From Lingula anatina (lineage: Eukaryota > Animalia > Brachiopoda), in the NCBI GenBank assembly GCA_051362555.1, contig CM120648.1:11404587-11468586 (forward strand): 64,000 nt of DNA, read 5' to 3'. The notes under the pieces were generated by a model. It was not told the origin of the DNA. It ran no database searches and saw only the letters and a list, made by a program, of their open reading frames with translations. The position numbers and the translations under genes are program-made. Positions 62,090 to 64,000 of the stretch are shown in pieces (position 1 is the stretch's first letter; each line of letters starts with the position of its first letter).

Positions 62090-63572
62090 TCAACCGAGGA
62101 GTAATAGAATATAAACGACAAAACAGGATTTAGTGATATTTTGTAATATTAAGCCAATCTTACATTTAAAATTATTTATCAATATTCCAAATCATCCCGG
62201 AAAATTTTACCGGGTCGCATGTAATGTATAAGGGGGGTCAATATGATATAAAGGTCTATATTTGATATTTCCCCGTTTCTTAAATTAGATTTAATTATTT
62301 TAATATTAGCGCATGGAAAATTTACAGTTTAGAGCACCCCCCCCCTTCTTGCTGTTATATGGGCTTTAAACGGTGCTGATACACTGTAGCTGTTCAGGCG
62401 ACAGAAAGATGATTTGAATAGAAGAGTAAAACAGAAGAGTATACACGGAGACATGCATGTTTAACAGAGTGAGACTTGTGTAAATGGATCTAGCTGTAAT
62501 GGTTGTTTCTCATAACACGTCTCGCTCAGTGTAAATCATATATTTGTGTTTTGCAAAGGGCCAATACGCTATTCATACAACTACTTTACCACTGGACCTT
62601 TTGTCGAGGGATTATTTTTTAGCTGTATTATTGATCTGGAGCTTTTTCAATGCTGTGCAGAGAAATTGCGCAGTCAGGTTGACAACTCATTCGAGTCACT
62701 GTGAGACACCATTTAGGGGAGAAGAAATTAGATTCCAAATTATCTGAAATTTTATCATAACAGGAAATTTGCGAAAATTTCCGGTAAGTTCATCAAGGAC
62801 ATTTACATACTAGTTTTACCAGTTTAACTGAGTTAGGCAGAAGCCTTTCAGCACTGCCTGACGCGGTAGTTTTAAAGGAAAATGTTAACTACAAACATAG
62901 TCAATATCTACAGCCACAGGATAATTTTTTTGATTTTTCACTGGATGTTCACAGATACGTCTCTGGCTACTTCATAACACTGCCAGATAAGAAAAAACAC
63001 AATCTACGGCTCTGGTAGAGCGTTGTGGAAACATGTCCCTGTCTTCTACTAGTGTTATGAGAAAATATTCTACATGTTAAAAGATGTAGGATATATGGGT
63101 AACTTAGAAAATGTTTTTTTTTTCTTTCTACTAGTTTTAGATACATGTATGATGTAGCAAAAATCAGTGATAAATCCATTTTTTGTTTGCTGAATCAAAG
63201 GTCTGATACAATGTATATACTTGTCTACATGTGCATTATTCTGTATTTTCAAACTACATATACCGAATGTAGATGTGAAAGCTCTTGGCAACATTAGAAG
63301 CGTTTTATTTTTAAAGACCACTGCTTCTCAAAATGTACATGGACCTCGTTTAAACATGTTTGTCCTTTATTGGAAACAAAACAGTCATGCCGTGTGGACA
63401 AAAAAAGTTGCAAATGAGTCCATAAAGGCAACGAAGATGACTTAGATAGCTTCGAAAGTCCACTACTCCCGTCCGTTCACAGTGTAGTTCGTGTAGTAAT
63501 TGTTAAAAACAAAATGAATAGATTTTGTTTGAATTGCTTGAGTAATTATTCCGCAATTTCTTATCACAGACC

Positions 63573-63707
63573 ATGGAGAAAGAGCACAAGGAGCGACTTA
63601 GAGTGAACAGAGTGGCCCTTATAGACGACTTGATGGTGAACGAGGTGTTCTTGAGCGAGCTCGTGGTCTGTAACCTCATCTCAGACTACGACATAGAGAA
63701 AATCAAG
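63573..63707 (+). CDS. First coding exon of a CARD (death-fold) domain protein, caspase-2/RAIDD-like N-terminus; gene continues beyond the window
   Basis: Acceptor ttatcacag at 63569 and a good Kozak context (ACCATGG). Translation MEKEHKERLRVNRVALIDDLMVNEVFLSELVVCNLISDYDIEKIK fits CARD helices 1-3 (H...LR.NR..L..DL). Phase-0 donor AAG/gtacat. Confidence 0.8.
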
Positions 63708-64000
63708 GTACATTCATTGATTTGTAAATGTAGTTACGGTCACCTGGCGGTAATGAGATACATGTATGGCTATTTCATTTTTTTACAGTACAGTATATGC
63801 GTGGTGCACTTATATTGGCGAGAAATTTTGAAGAGATGTGCTGCAACTCCTTTTCAGAGTTTCCATCATTGCTTAAAGTATCTGGTAGTTAGTAAACTGA
63901 AAGTAGCACAATTTTAAAACTAAATTGTCAAGTGTTTCAGAAACCCTAACGAAATTTCTCATGAGGTTCTAAAAGAAATGGCCCTAGAATTGTAATAAAA

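Noticed and set aside
63708-63917. C-terminal part of the 114-aa ORF
   Set aside because: Intron read-through after the AAG/gtacat donor; CARD similarity stops there.

Overview
Intron-rich, repeat-rich animal genomic DNA. It is probably a lophotrochozoan such as a mollusc, which is inferred only from protein families and repeat landscape. Five protein-coding genes were assembled by hand from GT-AG junctions with consistent phases. (1) A 10-exon class C GPCR of mGluR type (+, 8848-18621, 1154 aa) in which both glutamate gamma-carboxylate-binding residues are replaced. (2) A secreted-type mucin/somatomedin-B-like Cys-rich gene (-, start 32083, 3' end uncertain). (3) A complete 23-exon EMC1 (-, 51297-38070, 967 aa). 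(4) A secreted PAN/apple + fibrinogen-C protein (+, 54841-58381, 339 aa). (5) The first coding exon of a CARD protein (+, 63573, runs off the window). Non-coding DNA holds many non-autonomous DNA transposons: Harbinger-type MITEs with 3-bp TSDs, a set of CAG...CTG elements with 5-bp TSDs, and a Helentron/HINE-like element. It also holds tandem duplications, a tRNA-derived remnant and microsatellites. The top observations are the orphan-type mGluR binding pocket, repeated degenerate 'echo' copies of exon 3' ends plus donor sites in at least six EMC1 introns, the 5-bp-TSD transposon set with an empty-site control, and a duplicated putative first exon for the CARD gene. All calls are by eye and no database searches were run.
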